DNA of 64,000 nucleotides, taken from Deltaproteobacteria bacterium (GTDB lineage Bacteria > Myxococcota_A > Polyangia > Haliangiales > JADYYK01). The notes below the pieces were generated by a model. The model saw nothing but the letters and a program-made list of their open reading frames with translations. It had not been told where the DNA came from and ran no database searches. The stretch lies in NCBI GenBank assembly GCA_020853705.1, contig JADYYK010000014.1, positions 77,751 through 141,750 on the forward strand, written 5' to 3'. This document shows, piece by piece, positions 10,239-19,230 of this stretch. Each line of letters opens with the position of its first letter. The stretch's first letter is position 1. Both the position numbers and the translations under genes were made by a program.

Positions 10239-10639
10239 CGCTGCATCCCGCCAGGACGCTGGCCGAGGAGATCGCGCGCGCCATCGGCGCCCACGGCCAG
10301 TGGAAGGCGCGCCTGCGCGCCGCCATTGCCTCGGGCGAGCTCGACGTCCCGGTGGCCAGCATCCAGGTCGACGACCAGTGTGCGTTCGGCAGATGGCTGC
10401 ACGGCAACAGCCTGGCCGACAGCGAGCGCGACCACGACCATCACGAGATCGTGGCCCGACTGCACGCCGACTTTCACCAGATCGCGGCCCGCGTCGCCGA
10501 GCTTGCGCTGGCCGGCAACAAGGTCGAGGCCCAGCAGCTGATGGACCTCGACGGCGAGTTCACCCACGCCTCGGCCAAGCTGACCCTGGCCATGATGACC
10601 TGGAAGCACGCCCTGGCGGGCGAGCTGGTCGAGGGCTGA
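10235..10639 (+). CDS. Stand-alone CZB (chemoreceptor zinc-binding) domain protein
   Basis: 134 aa. GTG start overlaps the PEBP stop (GTGA). CZB signature AHGQWKARL ... DDQCAFGRWLHG ... LHADFHQ (His/Cys zinc ligands; Cys codon at 10379-10381). Confidence 0.8.
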   Translation: MTLHPARTLAEEIARAIGAHGQWKARLRAAIASGELDVPVASIQVDDQCAFGRWLHGNSLADSERDHDHHEIVARLHADFHQIAARVAELALAGNKVEAQQLMDLDGEFTHASAKLTLAMMTWKHALAGELVEG

Positions 10640-10679
10640 CCGTCACGCCAGGGCGCGCGGCGGGCGCGGCGCCCTGCCC

Positions 10680-11255
10680 TCAGCGCGCGGCCAGGGCGGC
10701 CGCGAGCAGGCGCTGGCCGGTGGCGACATCGGGCACCGGGACGCCGCACCGCACCGAGGCCTGGGTGGCGGGCAGCGCGACACAGTAGACCGTGCGCGCC
10801 GGGCGCAGATCGGGCGTCAAGGTCGCGATCCAGACGCTGCCATCCTGAGGGCCGGGGTACCGGCGCACGCCCTCGAGCTCGCGGCAGCCGACCCCCAGCT
10901 GGCACGACAGCGAGGCGCGCTCGAGCCCCGGCGGGCCGGCGGCGACGGTGAAGACGAGGTGCTCATGACCGACGCCGGAGCAGTCCGGGGTCCCGCTGGC
11001 CAGGGTGATGACGGCGTGCAAGTCCCCGGCGGCCAGGCAGCGCGCCAGCGCGGGGTCGACCGCCGGCGCGCCAGCGTCGACCGCCGCCACCGCGGGCTCG
11101 GGCGGGAGCGCGGGGCCAACGTCGGCGACCGGGCTCGGGCGCGTGCTGGCCAACGGCGCGTGCGCCGGCGCGCGGCGGCCGCCGCACCCGGCCGCCAGCA
11201 GCAGCCCCGCCAGCAGCCGCGCCAGCCAGCAGCCACGCCTCGACGAGGACGCCAT
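10680..11255 (-). CDS. Cys-rich lipoprotein, unknown function
   Basis: 191 aa. Lipobox LLLAAG/C. Seven further Cys residues. Starts 2 nt after the upstream gene's stop (11258). Confidence 0.65.
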   Translation of the reverse strand: MASSSRRGCWLARLLAGLLLAAGCGGRRAPAHAPLASTRPSPVADVGPALPPEPAVAAVDAGAPAVDPALARCLAAGDLHAVITLASGTPDCSGVGHEHLVFTVAAGPPGLERASLSCQLGVGCRELEGVRRYPGPQDGSVWIATLTPDLRPARTVYCVALPATQASVRCGVPVPDVATGQRLLAAALAAR

Positions 11256-11257
11256 GG

Positions 11258-14200
11258 CTACTTGCGACCCAGGGCGACCTCGCGCGCCTGCGCGGCGTCG
11301 ACGCCACGCACGAAGCGCGAGAAGGCCTCGTACTCGGTGCGCGGCACCCGGCGCAGCGGCATGCGCAGGCTCTGCGTCACCGTGAAGCTGCCGGCGCCGT
11401 CGGCCTTGACCGCCTGGGTGAACTTGCCGTAGGGGCCGTCGAGGCTGAGGGCGTCGGGGGCGCCGACCATGGCAACGCCCGGGGGCAGCGTGATCTTGGC
11501 GCTGACCTCCTCCAGCGGCAGATCATCGATGATGAGGTCGCGGGTGCGGCTGCCGACGCCGAGGTAGGCCTTGCCGAGGTCGGCGCCGTACAGCGCCAGC
11601 GAGAAGGCGATCCCGCCGCTGCGGCCAGGGCGCAGCAGCGAGGGCGCGTGGAAGCTGTAGCGCAGCACCAGCGCCGCGTTCACGTCCTTGCGGCCCTCGA
11701 TCTTCAGGGCGGTCAGCTCGGCGCCCGGGAAGTGGTAGCCCAGCACGCGCTGCTCGAACTGGCGCTCGACCTGATCGGGCGGGATCTGATCGAGGCCCTC
11801 GCGCCACTCCAGCGCGGGCACCCCGCGCAGGGTCTCGACCGCCTTGACCTCGGGCATGCCGCCGGCGCCGAAGCCGACCTCCAGCGTGATCGACCGGCGA
11901 TCATCGGTGTGCTCGCCGGCCGGGAGCTGCCCCCACAGCTGGGCCTGCGCGGTCGCCGCGGTGGAGGGGCTCGGCCCCGGCGCCACCAGCTTGAGCGCGG
12001 ACGCGCCGCGCAGCGCGGGCGGGATGAAGCCGAACGGGGCGCGCTTGTAGCGCAGCTCGGTGAAGACCGGGCCACCGGGCAGGTCGACGCGCAGGATGGC
12101 CTCGCTGGCCTCGTCGACCTCGGGCAGCCGGGGCGGCTCGTCGCCGGCCTGGCGCGGGCGGGCCAGCCAGATCTGGCTGCTGATGCCCTCGGCCGCCAGC
12201 AGCGCCGACAGCAGCACCACGCGGCTGCCGGCGCGCTCGGCCAGCACCTCGGCGGGCTCCATGCCCAGGCCCCCGCCGCCCTCGACGTTGCCGACCACCC
12301 AGTCGTACAGGGCGACCGCGCGCTCGCGCGGGGTCAGGGTGTGGCCGAGCTGCTTGCGCCGCGCCGCCACGATCTGGGCCGCGCGCTCGCGCACGCTGTG
12401 GTCGGCGCGCGCCGCGGCCCAGGCCTGCTGGCGCAGCATGCGGCGCCAGGCCTCCCAGGTGATGCGCGCATACGGCCGCGTCGACGCGATGACCTCGACG
12501 TTGGGCACCGAGGCCGGCTCCGACACCAGCTGCTTGCGCTGCACGTCGGCGAACATGACGTGGGTCTCGCCGTTCTCGCTGCGGGTGACCGGGCGCGGCG
12601 CGTCACCGCGCACGTCGTACAGCACCGCCAGCCCCTGTGGCGTGACGATGTCCATCTCGGTGCGATCGAGCGGCGCGTCGAAGGTGCCGAAGTAGAAGCG
12701 ATCACCGACGAAGCCGCCGCCGAAGGCGCCCAGCGGGGCGTCGGCCTCGATCCACTCGTACTCGACATAGTCGCCGATCTGCAGATCGGGCGCGCTGACG
12801 GCGTCCTTGTTGGCGATGTCCTCGGGCTCGCGAGTCGAGTAGTCGGGCTTGATGGTGCGCAGCTTGATGACGCGCGCTCCCGACGGGATGCGCACCTCGC
12901 CCCACTGATCGAGCCCCTCCTTGGCCAGCACCTGGATCACGTTGTGGGTCAGGGTCAGGCGCGCCCCGGTGGGGAAGATCTTGACCACGGTGCGATCGAG
13001 CAGGACGACGGCGGGGCCGCCATAGCTGCGCCCGCTGGCGAGGTAGCTCTTGATGACCTCGACGCCGTCGATGCGGTAGGCGTCCATCGGGCCGCCCTCG
13101 CCGAGGACCTCGCGCGCCGACCACAGCGCGGCGGCCTCGGGGGCCTGGGCCAGGCCGGCGTCGATGGCGGCCAGCGCCTGCTTGCGCTGCCCGGCGGCCA
13201 GCAGGGCGTCGACCCAGCTCAGGCGGCGGCTGACGTCGGTGGGGCGGCGCGCCACCGCGGCGCCGAGGTCACGCGCGGCGCCGGCGGCGTCGCCCTCGAC
13301 CAGGGACAGCTCGGCGCGCTCGACCGCGAGGGCGTCCTCGCTGAGGCCGGCGAGCGCCAGCCGCCCGAGCTCCCTGCGCGCGCCCGGGAAGTCGGCGCGC
13401 TTGCGCAGGACCGAGAGCAGGATGGCATCATAGGGGTCACAGCGCGTGACCGCCTCGGCGTGGGAAAGCTGCGCGGCGGCGTCGCGGTGCGCACCGGCCA
13501 GCGCGCTGAGCGCCTTCTCGACCGGGCAGCCGCCCGGGAAGACCCGCGCCGCCTCCAGCACCGCGGCGTCGGCCTCGCGCTGGAAGCCGCGCTCACGCAG
13601 GGCGCGAGCGTGCTCGAGGTGCAACGAGGCGGCGTCGGGCGCCAGCACCAGGGCGCGCTCCAGGCGGGCCAGCGCCTGGCGCGGGTTCTCGTCCTCGAGA
13701 TCCATCTGTGCCAGCGCCAGCAGGCCGCGGGCGCTGCCCGGCGAGGCCGCGACCAGGCGCGTGAAGTGCTCGCGTGCGCTGTCGCGGGCGGTGGTCCAGC
13801 CCACCACGCCAGCGCGCTCCAGCGCCAGCTGCGCGGCCAGGAAGCGCGCCGCCGCGAACGGCGTGCGCCCGAGCTGGTCACCCAGGCGCGCCACCGCGGG
13901 GCCGTCGTGATCACCGGCGCGGATCTCGGCGTGCACCGCCAGCAGCGCGGCCAGCGGGGCCAGCCGCGGTCCCGGGAAGCGCGCCGCCAGGGCGTCGAGC
14001 TCGGCCGGGCTGGCGCCCAGGGCCCTGGCGGCCCCGGCGCTGGCCTCGCGCGCGGGCGCCTGCTCGCCCGCACGCACCGTCAGCCCGGCCGGCGCGTGGC
14101 CGGTGGCCGGATCGAGGACGCCGATGCGGAAGGTCGACATCGAGCCGCGCGTCGCGGTGCGCAGGCGCAGCACGGTGGCGCCGGTCAAGGCGATGGGGAT

Positions 14201-15091
14201 GACCACGCGGCGCGGCAGGAAGCGCTCGCGCGACAGGTGGCGGTAGATCTCCTTGCCGCCGAGGTCGACGATGAAGGGCGCACGATCGACATCGTCGATC
14301 ATCAGAAGCATGGCGCCCTGACCCGTCAGCGTCGCGCTGGCGTGCAGCACGCCGGGCTCGCCGCTGGCGGGCGAGAGCCCCAGGCCACACAGCGTGGCCG
14401 TGATGTCGCGGGAGCCGGTCCTGGACTGCGCGGCCAGGGCCAGAGGAAGGTCCGCGCCCTCGTCGAGATCCAGCAGCGGCAGCGTCCCGAACGGCCCGCG
14501 CAGCTCCAGCGCGCGCACACAGCCACGCGCCTGCGACGTCGCCACCGCGCGCGCGAGGTCACCGGTGGCCTTCTCGAGGTCGACCGCGACGCCGGCCAGA
14601 TCCCAGGCCAGCTCGGGGGGCAGCGGCTGCGCCAGCAGCGCGCGCACCCGCGGCAGCAGCCCGGCGTCACCGGGCGCCTCGGCCAGGAGCTGCCCCAGCT
14701 CGGTCGCGGCCACACCCGCCAGCGCGGCGGCCACGGCGTCCGTGCGCGACAGCTCGAGCACACGCAGGAAGCGCTCGCGCGCGGGCGCGACGCGCAGCGC
14801 ATCCTGATCGGCCAGCGCGGCCCCGAACAGCGCCAGCGCGTCGTCCGGCCGCGCCTTCAGCGCCCGCGCGAAGGCCACCTCGGCCGCGGCCCGGTCGCCG
14901 CTCCACATCAGCTCCAGGAGCCCCAGCTCGGTGTCCCCCGCCGGCCCCTTCCTGACCAGCGCCGCGCGTTCCTGCGCGACATCGATGCTGGCCAGCGCCT
15001 CGGGCTGCACCAGCGTCCGCTTGCCCGCCCCACTCGCCGTCCCACACCCCGCCAGCACCACCACCAGCAGCAGCGCCAGCCCCCGTCCCAT
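11258..15091 (-). CDS. Giant TPR / transglutaminase-like-fold lipoprotein, Cys-less paralogue (predicted pseudoenzyme)
   Basis: ORF 11258-15241. ATG 15089-15091 is preceded by GAGGGGA and gives MGRGLALLLVVVLAG/C. The N-terminal third is Ala/Leu-rich and TPR-like. The remainder appears colinear with the upstream paralogue by eye, judged from the core-segment comparison. The core-equivalent segment ERAGSRVVLLSALLAAEG (about 12182-12240) lacks the catalytic Cys and His. Confidence 0.7.
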   Translation of the reverse strand: MGRGLALLLVVVLAGCGTASGAGKRTLVQPEALASIDVAQERAALVRKGPAGDTELGLLELMWSGDRAAAEVAFARALKARPDDALALFGAALADQDALRVAPARERFLRVLELSRTDAVAAALAGVAATELGQLLAEAPGDAGLLPRVRALLAQPLPPELAWDLAGVAVDLEKATGDLARAVATSQARGCVRALELRGPFGTLPLLDLDEGADLPLALAAQSRTGSRDITATLCGLGLSPASGEPGVLHASATLTGQGAMLLMIDDVDRAPFIVDLGGKEIYRHLSRERFLPRRVVIPIALTGATVLRLRTATRGSMSTFRIGVLDPATGHAPAGLTVRAGEQAPAREASAGAARALGASPAELDALAARFPGPRLAPLAALLAVHAEIRAGDHDGPAVARLGDQLGRTPFAAARFLAAQLALERAGVVGWTTARDSAREHFTRLVAASPGSARGLLALAQMDLEDENPRQALARLERALVLAPDAASLHLEHARALRERGFQREADAAVLEAARVFPGGCPVEKALSALAGAHRDAAAQLSHAEAVTRCDPYDAILLSVLRKRADFPGARRELGRLALAGLSEDALAVERAELSLVEGDAAGAARDLGAAVARRPTDVSRRLSWVDALLAAGQRKQALAAIDAGLAQAPEAAALWSAREVLGEGGPMDAYRIDGVEVIKSYLASGRSYGGPAVVLLDRTVVKIFPTGARLTLTHNVIQVLAKEGLDQWGEVRIPSGARVIKLRTIKPDYSTREPEDIANKDAVSAPDLQIGDYVEYEWIEADAPLGAFGGGFVGDRFYFGTFDAPLDRTEMDIVTPQGLAVLYDVRGDAPRPVTRSENGETHVMFADVQRKQLVSEPASVPNVEVIASTRPYARITWEAWRRMLRQQAWAAARADHSVRERAAQIVAARRKQLGHTLTPRERAVALYDWVVGNVEGGGGLGMEPAEVLAERAGSRVVLLSALLAAEGISSQIWLARPRQAGDEPPRLPEVDEASEAILRVDLPGGPVFTELRYKRAPFGFIPPALRGASALKLVAPGPSPSTAATAQAQLWGQLPAGEHTDDRRSITLEVGFGAGGMPEVKAVETLRGVPALEWREGLDQIPPDQVERQFEQRVLGYHFPGAELTALKIEGRKDVNAALVLRYSFHAPSLLRPGRSGGIAFSLALYGADLGKAYLGVGSRTRDLIIDDLPLEEVSAKITLPPGVAMVGAPDALSLDGPYGKFTQAVKADGAGSFTVTQSLRMPLRRVPRTEYEAFSRFVRGVDAAQAREVALGRK

Positions 15092-15123
15092 TCCCCTCTT
15101 CTCCGTCTCCGCCATTGCCATCG

Positions 15124-15151
15124 CCTGTTGCCTGTCGCCTGTCACCTGTCG
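15124..15151. repeat. Tandem heptamer array (CCTGTYR)x4 in an intercistronic spacer
   Basis: cctgttg cctgtcg cctgtca cctgtcg read directly, in the 92-nt gap between the two giant paralogues. A 7-nt period is incompatible with coding. Confidence 0.9.
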
Positions 15152-15183
15152 CCGGTTTCCCTTCCCGATCCCCACCCGGCCGC

Positions 15184-18100
15184 TCACTGCGCCACCACCA
15201 CGATGCGCTGGTTCAACGCCGCATCCACGCTCAGCAGCCACTTCCTGAACTCCGGGTAGTCCTTCTTCGCGATCCTCTCCTTCACGATCGACAGCGTGTA
15301 GCTGACCACCACCTTGCCGGGCTGATCACCCACCACGCGCAGCGTGAAGAAGCCGAAATCGCTGTTGAGCTTGCTCTCCTTGGGCAGCGCACCCGCGCGC
15401 GTGCCCAGCGGCAGCCGGAACGTCAGCTCCTCCTCCTGCTCCCAGGGGAAGTCGAGCACCAGGTCATACTTGCGCGACGACAGCCGGGCGTAGCCGCGCG
15501 CGAACTCGCTCTCGCGCGCGCTGGCCAGCGCCGTCCACGCCGCGCCGTCGCGGGTCAGCATGGTCGGCACCACCACCTTGGCGGTGGCGCGGATCGGCTG
15601 CTCCAGATCCTCCAGCGTGGGCAGCAGGGCCGACTCGGCGCGGCTGCCCGGGTGCCAGGCGTTCCAGACCTGCTCGTAGCGCTCGCGGCGCTCGTCCTTG
15701 CTCTGGTAGTAGCTGCGCCAGGTCGCGGCCTGCTGCCCGGTGACCTCGACACTCTCGGCGACCTCGGCGCCGCCCGCGCCGTCACCCTCGACCGCCAGCG
15801 TGATGTCCAGCTTGCGCGCGGTGCGGTTCTTGTTTGCGCCATACACCGGCGTCTTGGTCAGGCGCGCGCCGCCCTTCTGATCGACCACCAGCACGGTGGC
15901 GCCCTGATCCTGCGCCGGCAGCTCGTAGGAGCCCGAGAACTCCGCGGTGCCGTCGAGGTAGAGGTCGAACTTGGGCACATACGCGATGGCGTGGTCGAAC
16001 ACCGCCAGGCTGGCCGGCTCGATGGCGATGTCGCCGTTGCGCCGCGTGCGCACGATGACCAGGTGGGCCTCGATCCCGACCTCGCCCAGCAGCGCCACGA
16101 TCAGCGACGCCTTGTCCTTGCAGTCGCCGAACTTGCGCTGGAACACCTGGGTGACCCGGTACGGCTTCCAGCCGTGGATGCCGAACTCCAGCGCGATGTA
16201 GCGGGTCGACTTCACCGCCAGCGAGTGGATCGCCTTCATCTTGGCCAGATCGTCGCCGGCCGGGATGCCGGCCACCGCGGCGCGCGCGGCCGCGCGCAGG
16301 GCGTCGTCGGTGGTCAGCTGATCCTTGACCAGGCCCCACCACCAGCGCCCGACGTCCTCCCAGCTCTTGTAGGTCGACACGTGCAGGTAGGGCGTGATCT
16401 CGGTCGCCCCGGGCGCCGCCGGCTCGTCGAGCAGGCGCGCGGTGTCGAAGGCGCGGAAGCGGTAGATCCGCTGCTCGCCCTGGACGTCCACGGTGGCCTG
16501 GAGGCCGGGCAGCCTGGGCTGGTTGAAGTAGAAGCTCCGATCGCGCGGCGTCACCAGCACGATGTCGGTCTCGGCGCGGCGCATGCGCTCGGCCAGGTAG
16601 GTGACGTCGCCGAAGTAGTCGTTGAACAGGTTGCGGCGCCCGACATCGGACACCACGTACTCCAGCTCGATGACGTCGCCGACCTGCAGCGAGCTCCACT
16701 CGAACGCCACCGCGCGATAGTCGTAGTACATGTTGTACCAGGGCTCGCTGATGGTGCGCTCGCCGCGCCCCGAGGCCTCGACGATGGCGCCCGTCGGCTT
16801 GTGCACGCGCGCCGCCAGCACGTCGACGCTCTGGGTGTCGGGCGTGAACGAGATCGACTGCTCCATCAGGGCGTCGCGCCCGGTGTCGTCGAGCACCTTG
16901 ATCAGGCGCTGGTGATAGACCTCCGACAGCCCGTTCTCGTGCACCCGCGTGACCTGGGCGTCGAGCAGCACCACGCCGGGCTCGCCGGCCGGGGCCAGCT
17001 TGGAGTGCTTCTTGATGATGGCCGCGGGGTCGCGCCCGTACAGCTTCTCGAGCCCCTTGTCCTGGGTCGGATCGACCAGCGCCAGGTACTGGCGCAGCGG
17101 CGGGTTCTGCGGCCGAAGCTCCAGCGCGCGCACCAGGCGCGCGATCCCGGCCGCGCGGTCGCCCTTCTGGATCAGCAGGCGTCCGGCGCGCTCGTGCAGG
17201 CCGGCGTCCTCGGGCAGCGTCTGCTGGGTGGCGTCGACCGCCGCCACGGCGTCGCCCAGCTTGCCGGCGTCCTCCAGCGCGGAGGCCTTGGCCAGCGTCA
17301 GCGCGCTCGAGCCCGGGCGCAGCGCCAGCGCGCGATCCAGCCAGGCCACGCCCTCGGCGACCTCGCCCCGCTCGAAGGCCAGCTCGGAGGCCTGGGCGTA
17401 CAGGTTGACCTCGTCGGCGTGGGTCGGCAGCAGCGCCTCCAGCGCGGTGCGCGCGCGCGCGGGCCGACCGAGGTCGCGCGCCAGCTCCAGCACCAGCCGG
17501 GTCGGCTCGCTGCGCCCCGCCGGCGCGCTCAGCGCCTCCAGCGCCTCGGCCTGCGCCAGCGCGAAGGCGGTCAGGCCGTGCGCCGCCACGGCACGGATCA
17601 GCGCCATGCGCGCCCCCAGCACGCTGCCGGCGTCGGCCCCGGCGCCGCCCGCACGCCCCGCACGTTCAATGGCGGCGCGCCAGGCGTCCTCGGCCAGGCG
17701 GTCGCGCCCGGCGGCCTGGTAGGCGTGGCCGAGCGCGATCTCGGCGCGCACCCAGGTGGCGTCATCCTTGGCCGCGGCGGCGTCATCGGCCGCGTGCTGC
17801 AGCTCGCCGCGACGCTGGTTGGCGTCCTCGATGACCCCGGCCAGCGCGATGCGATAGCCAGCGCGCACCGGATGCGCAGGATCGGGAGGCACCGCCAGCT
17901 GCACCGCCTGGGTCAGCGCGGCCCGCGCGGTCTCCGCGGTGCGATCATCCGGCGCCACCTCGGACAGGTACTCGCCGAGGTCGGCCCACAGCGCCGCCTG
18001 CTTGGCCCCGGCGCCGCGGGTGCGCGCGCGCAGAAGCTCGCCCAGCTCGCGCAGCTTGCCCGCGAGCGGCTTGCCCGGCGCCTGCGCGCGCTCCAGCCCG

Positions 18101-19116
18101 ACCACCGCGCCGAGCTCGCTGGCCGGCCGCGCCCCCGCCGGCAGATCATCGATCTGCGTCACGCCGCCCCAGGCCTGCTCCAGCACCAGCGGCGCGCCCT
18201 CGGGCGTGGTCAGCCGCAGCCGGAACAGCCAGGCGTCCTCCAGCGCCGAGGCCTTGACCAGGATCGAGTTCCAGCCCTTGTCGAGCCGGGCCAGGCCAGC
18301 GTCCTGATCGAACCCCAGCGGCCGGTACACGTCGCGCGACAGCACCAGCGCGCGGTTGACCCACACCTTCAGCGCGCCCGCCGACCCGGTGCGCACCGCG
18401 ATGGTGCGCGCCTTGTCCGACTTCACATAGGCGCGGGCGTAGCCGACCACGTTCTCGTCGGGGCGCAAGGTGGCGTCGAACGACACCAGGCCGTCGATCA
18501 CGGGCAGGCCATAGCGCCGCCACGCGACCATGCGCTCCTTGCCGCGCTGCTCGCCCTGGCTCTCGTCGCCGACGCGGGTCTCCGGCGGGTACGGCGTGTC
18601 ATGGCCGCCGCGGCCCTCGTTGTCGAAGGGGCCGATGATCGACCACTCGGTGACCAGGCCGAGCGCCTTCTGCAGCGCCGCGCCGCGGGCCCGATCGCCC
18701 AGCCGCTCGGCGGCCCGCATCAGCAGGAAGCTCGCGTGCGCCGCCACCAGGGCGTCCTTGTCGCGCGCGCCCGCTTCCAGCAGCGCCACCACGCGCGCCG
18801 GCGCGACCTCGTCCCACAGGTCCAGCGCACCCAGGATCGCGGTCACCGCCTCGGGCTTGCCGGCGCGCGCGCGCAGCGCGGCCTGGCGCGGGGTCACCGC
18901 GTCGACCGCCGCCGCCGCTGGCCCAGGTGTGGCTACCCGGGCTGGCGCCCTCGCCGGTGCCGGCGCGGGCGCCGGAGCTGCGGCCGCTGGTGCGGCGCTG
19001 GCCGCGCGCTGCCCGTACGTCAGGCCCAGCAGCAGCGCGATCCCCGCGCCCCCCACCACCACACGGAACCACTTCGCTGTCGCCATCGGCCTGGGCCTCT
19101 GCATGTGCGGGTTCAT
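15184..19116 (-). CDS. Giant TPR / transglutaminase-like lipoprotein or secreted protein with intact Cys-His-Asp-type core
   Basis: ORF 15184-19194. Candidate starts are ATG 19116, 19104 and 19086, followed by the signal peptide MATAKWFRVVVGGAGIALLLGL. Core FGDCKDKASLIVALLGEVGIEAHLV (Cys codon 16120-16122) with downstream FDHAIAYV and YLDGT. TPR-like repeats lie in the N-terminal third. Confidence 0.75.
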   Translation of the reverse strand: MNPHMQRPRPMATAKWFRVVVGGAGIALLLGLTYGQRAASAAPAAAAPAPAPAPARAPARVATPGPAAAAVDAVTPRQAALRARAGKPEAVTAILGALDLWDEVAPARVVALLEAGARDKDALVAAHASFLLMRAAERLGDRARGAALQKALGLVTEWSIIGPFDNEGRGGHDTPYPPETRVGDESQGEQRGKERMVAWRRYGLPVIDGLVSFDATLRPDENVVGYARAYVKSDKARTIAVRTGSAGALKVWVNRALVLSRDVYRPLGFDQDAGLARLDKGWNSILVKASALEDAWLFRLRLTTPEGAPLVLEQAWGGVTQIDDLPAGARPASELGAVVGLERAQAPGKPLAGKLRELGELLRARTRGAGAKQAALWADLGEYLSEVAPDDRTAETARAALTQAVQLAVPPDPAHPVRAGYRIALAGVIEDANQRRGELQHAADDAAAAKDDATWVRAEIALGHAYQAAGRDRLAEDAWRAAIERAGRAGGAGADAGSVLGARMALIRAVAAHGLTAFALAQAEALEALSAPAGRSEPTRLVLELARDLGRPARARTALEALLPTHADEVNLYAQASELAFERGEVAEGVAWLDRALALRPGSSALTLAKASALEDAGKLGDAVAAVDATQQTLPEDAGLHERAGRLLIQKGDRAAGIARLVRALELRPQNPPLRQYLALVDPTQDKGLEKLYGRDPAAIIKKHSKLAPAGEPGVVLLDAQVTRVHENGLSEVYHQRLIKVLDDTGRDALMEQSISFTPDTQSVDVLAARVHKPTGAIVEASGRGERTISEPWYNMYYDYRAVAFEWSSLQVGDVIELEYVVSDVGRRNLFNDYFGDVTYLAERMRRAETDIVLVTPRDRSFYFNQPRLPGLQATVDVQGEQRIYRFRAFDTARLLDEPAAPGATEITPYLHVSTYKSWEDVGRWWWGLVKDQLTTDDALRAAARAAVAGIPAGDDLAKMKAIHSLAVKSTRYIALEFGIHGWKPYRVTQVFQRKFGDCKDKASLIVALLGEVGIEAHLVIVRTRRNGDIAIEPASLAVFDHAIAYVPKFDLYLDGTAEFSGSYELPAQDQGATVLVVDQKGGARLTKTPVYGANKNRTARKLDITLAVEGDGAGGAEVAESVEVTGQQAATWRSYYQSKDERRERYEQVWNAWHPGSRAESALLPTLEDLEQPIRATAKVVVPTMLTRDGAAWTALASARESEFARGYARLSSRKYDLVLDFPWEQEEELTFRLPLGTRAGALPKESKLNSDFGFFTLRVVGDQPGKVVVSYTLSIVKERIAKKDYPEFRKWLLSVDAALNQRIVVVAQ

Positions 19117-19155
19117 CGTAGCCTTTCTCTTCGCGCCGCGCTGCCGGCTTCCCGT

Positions 19156-19185
19156 TTGACACGTTGGCGAAACGTCCCGTAAGGT
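19156..19185 (+). promoter_or_regulatory. Candidate sigma70-type promoter for the tatT-TRAP operon
   Basis: Perfect TTGACA (19156-19161), an 18-nt spacer, then TAAGGT (19180-19185), 45 nt upstream of ATG 19231 in a divergent intergenic region. Pattern match only. Confidence 0.3.
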
Positions 19186-19230
19186 CTTGCGCAAGGCATG
19201 CCGTCAGCCCTCGCCTCGGAGCCGTCACCC

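Noticed and set aside
11648-19182. Very long plus-strand ORFs (11648-15259, 1203 aa; 15115-19182, 1355 aa) antisense to the two giant lipoprotein genes.
   Set aside because: Their translations are Arg/Ala/Gly/Pro/Gln/His-rich with no hydrophobic core, signal peptide or recognisable motif, which is typical of stop-free antisense frames in very GC-rich DNA. The minus-strand frames carry lipoboxes, TPR-like repeats and a transglutaminase-like core.
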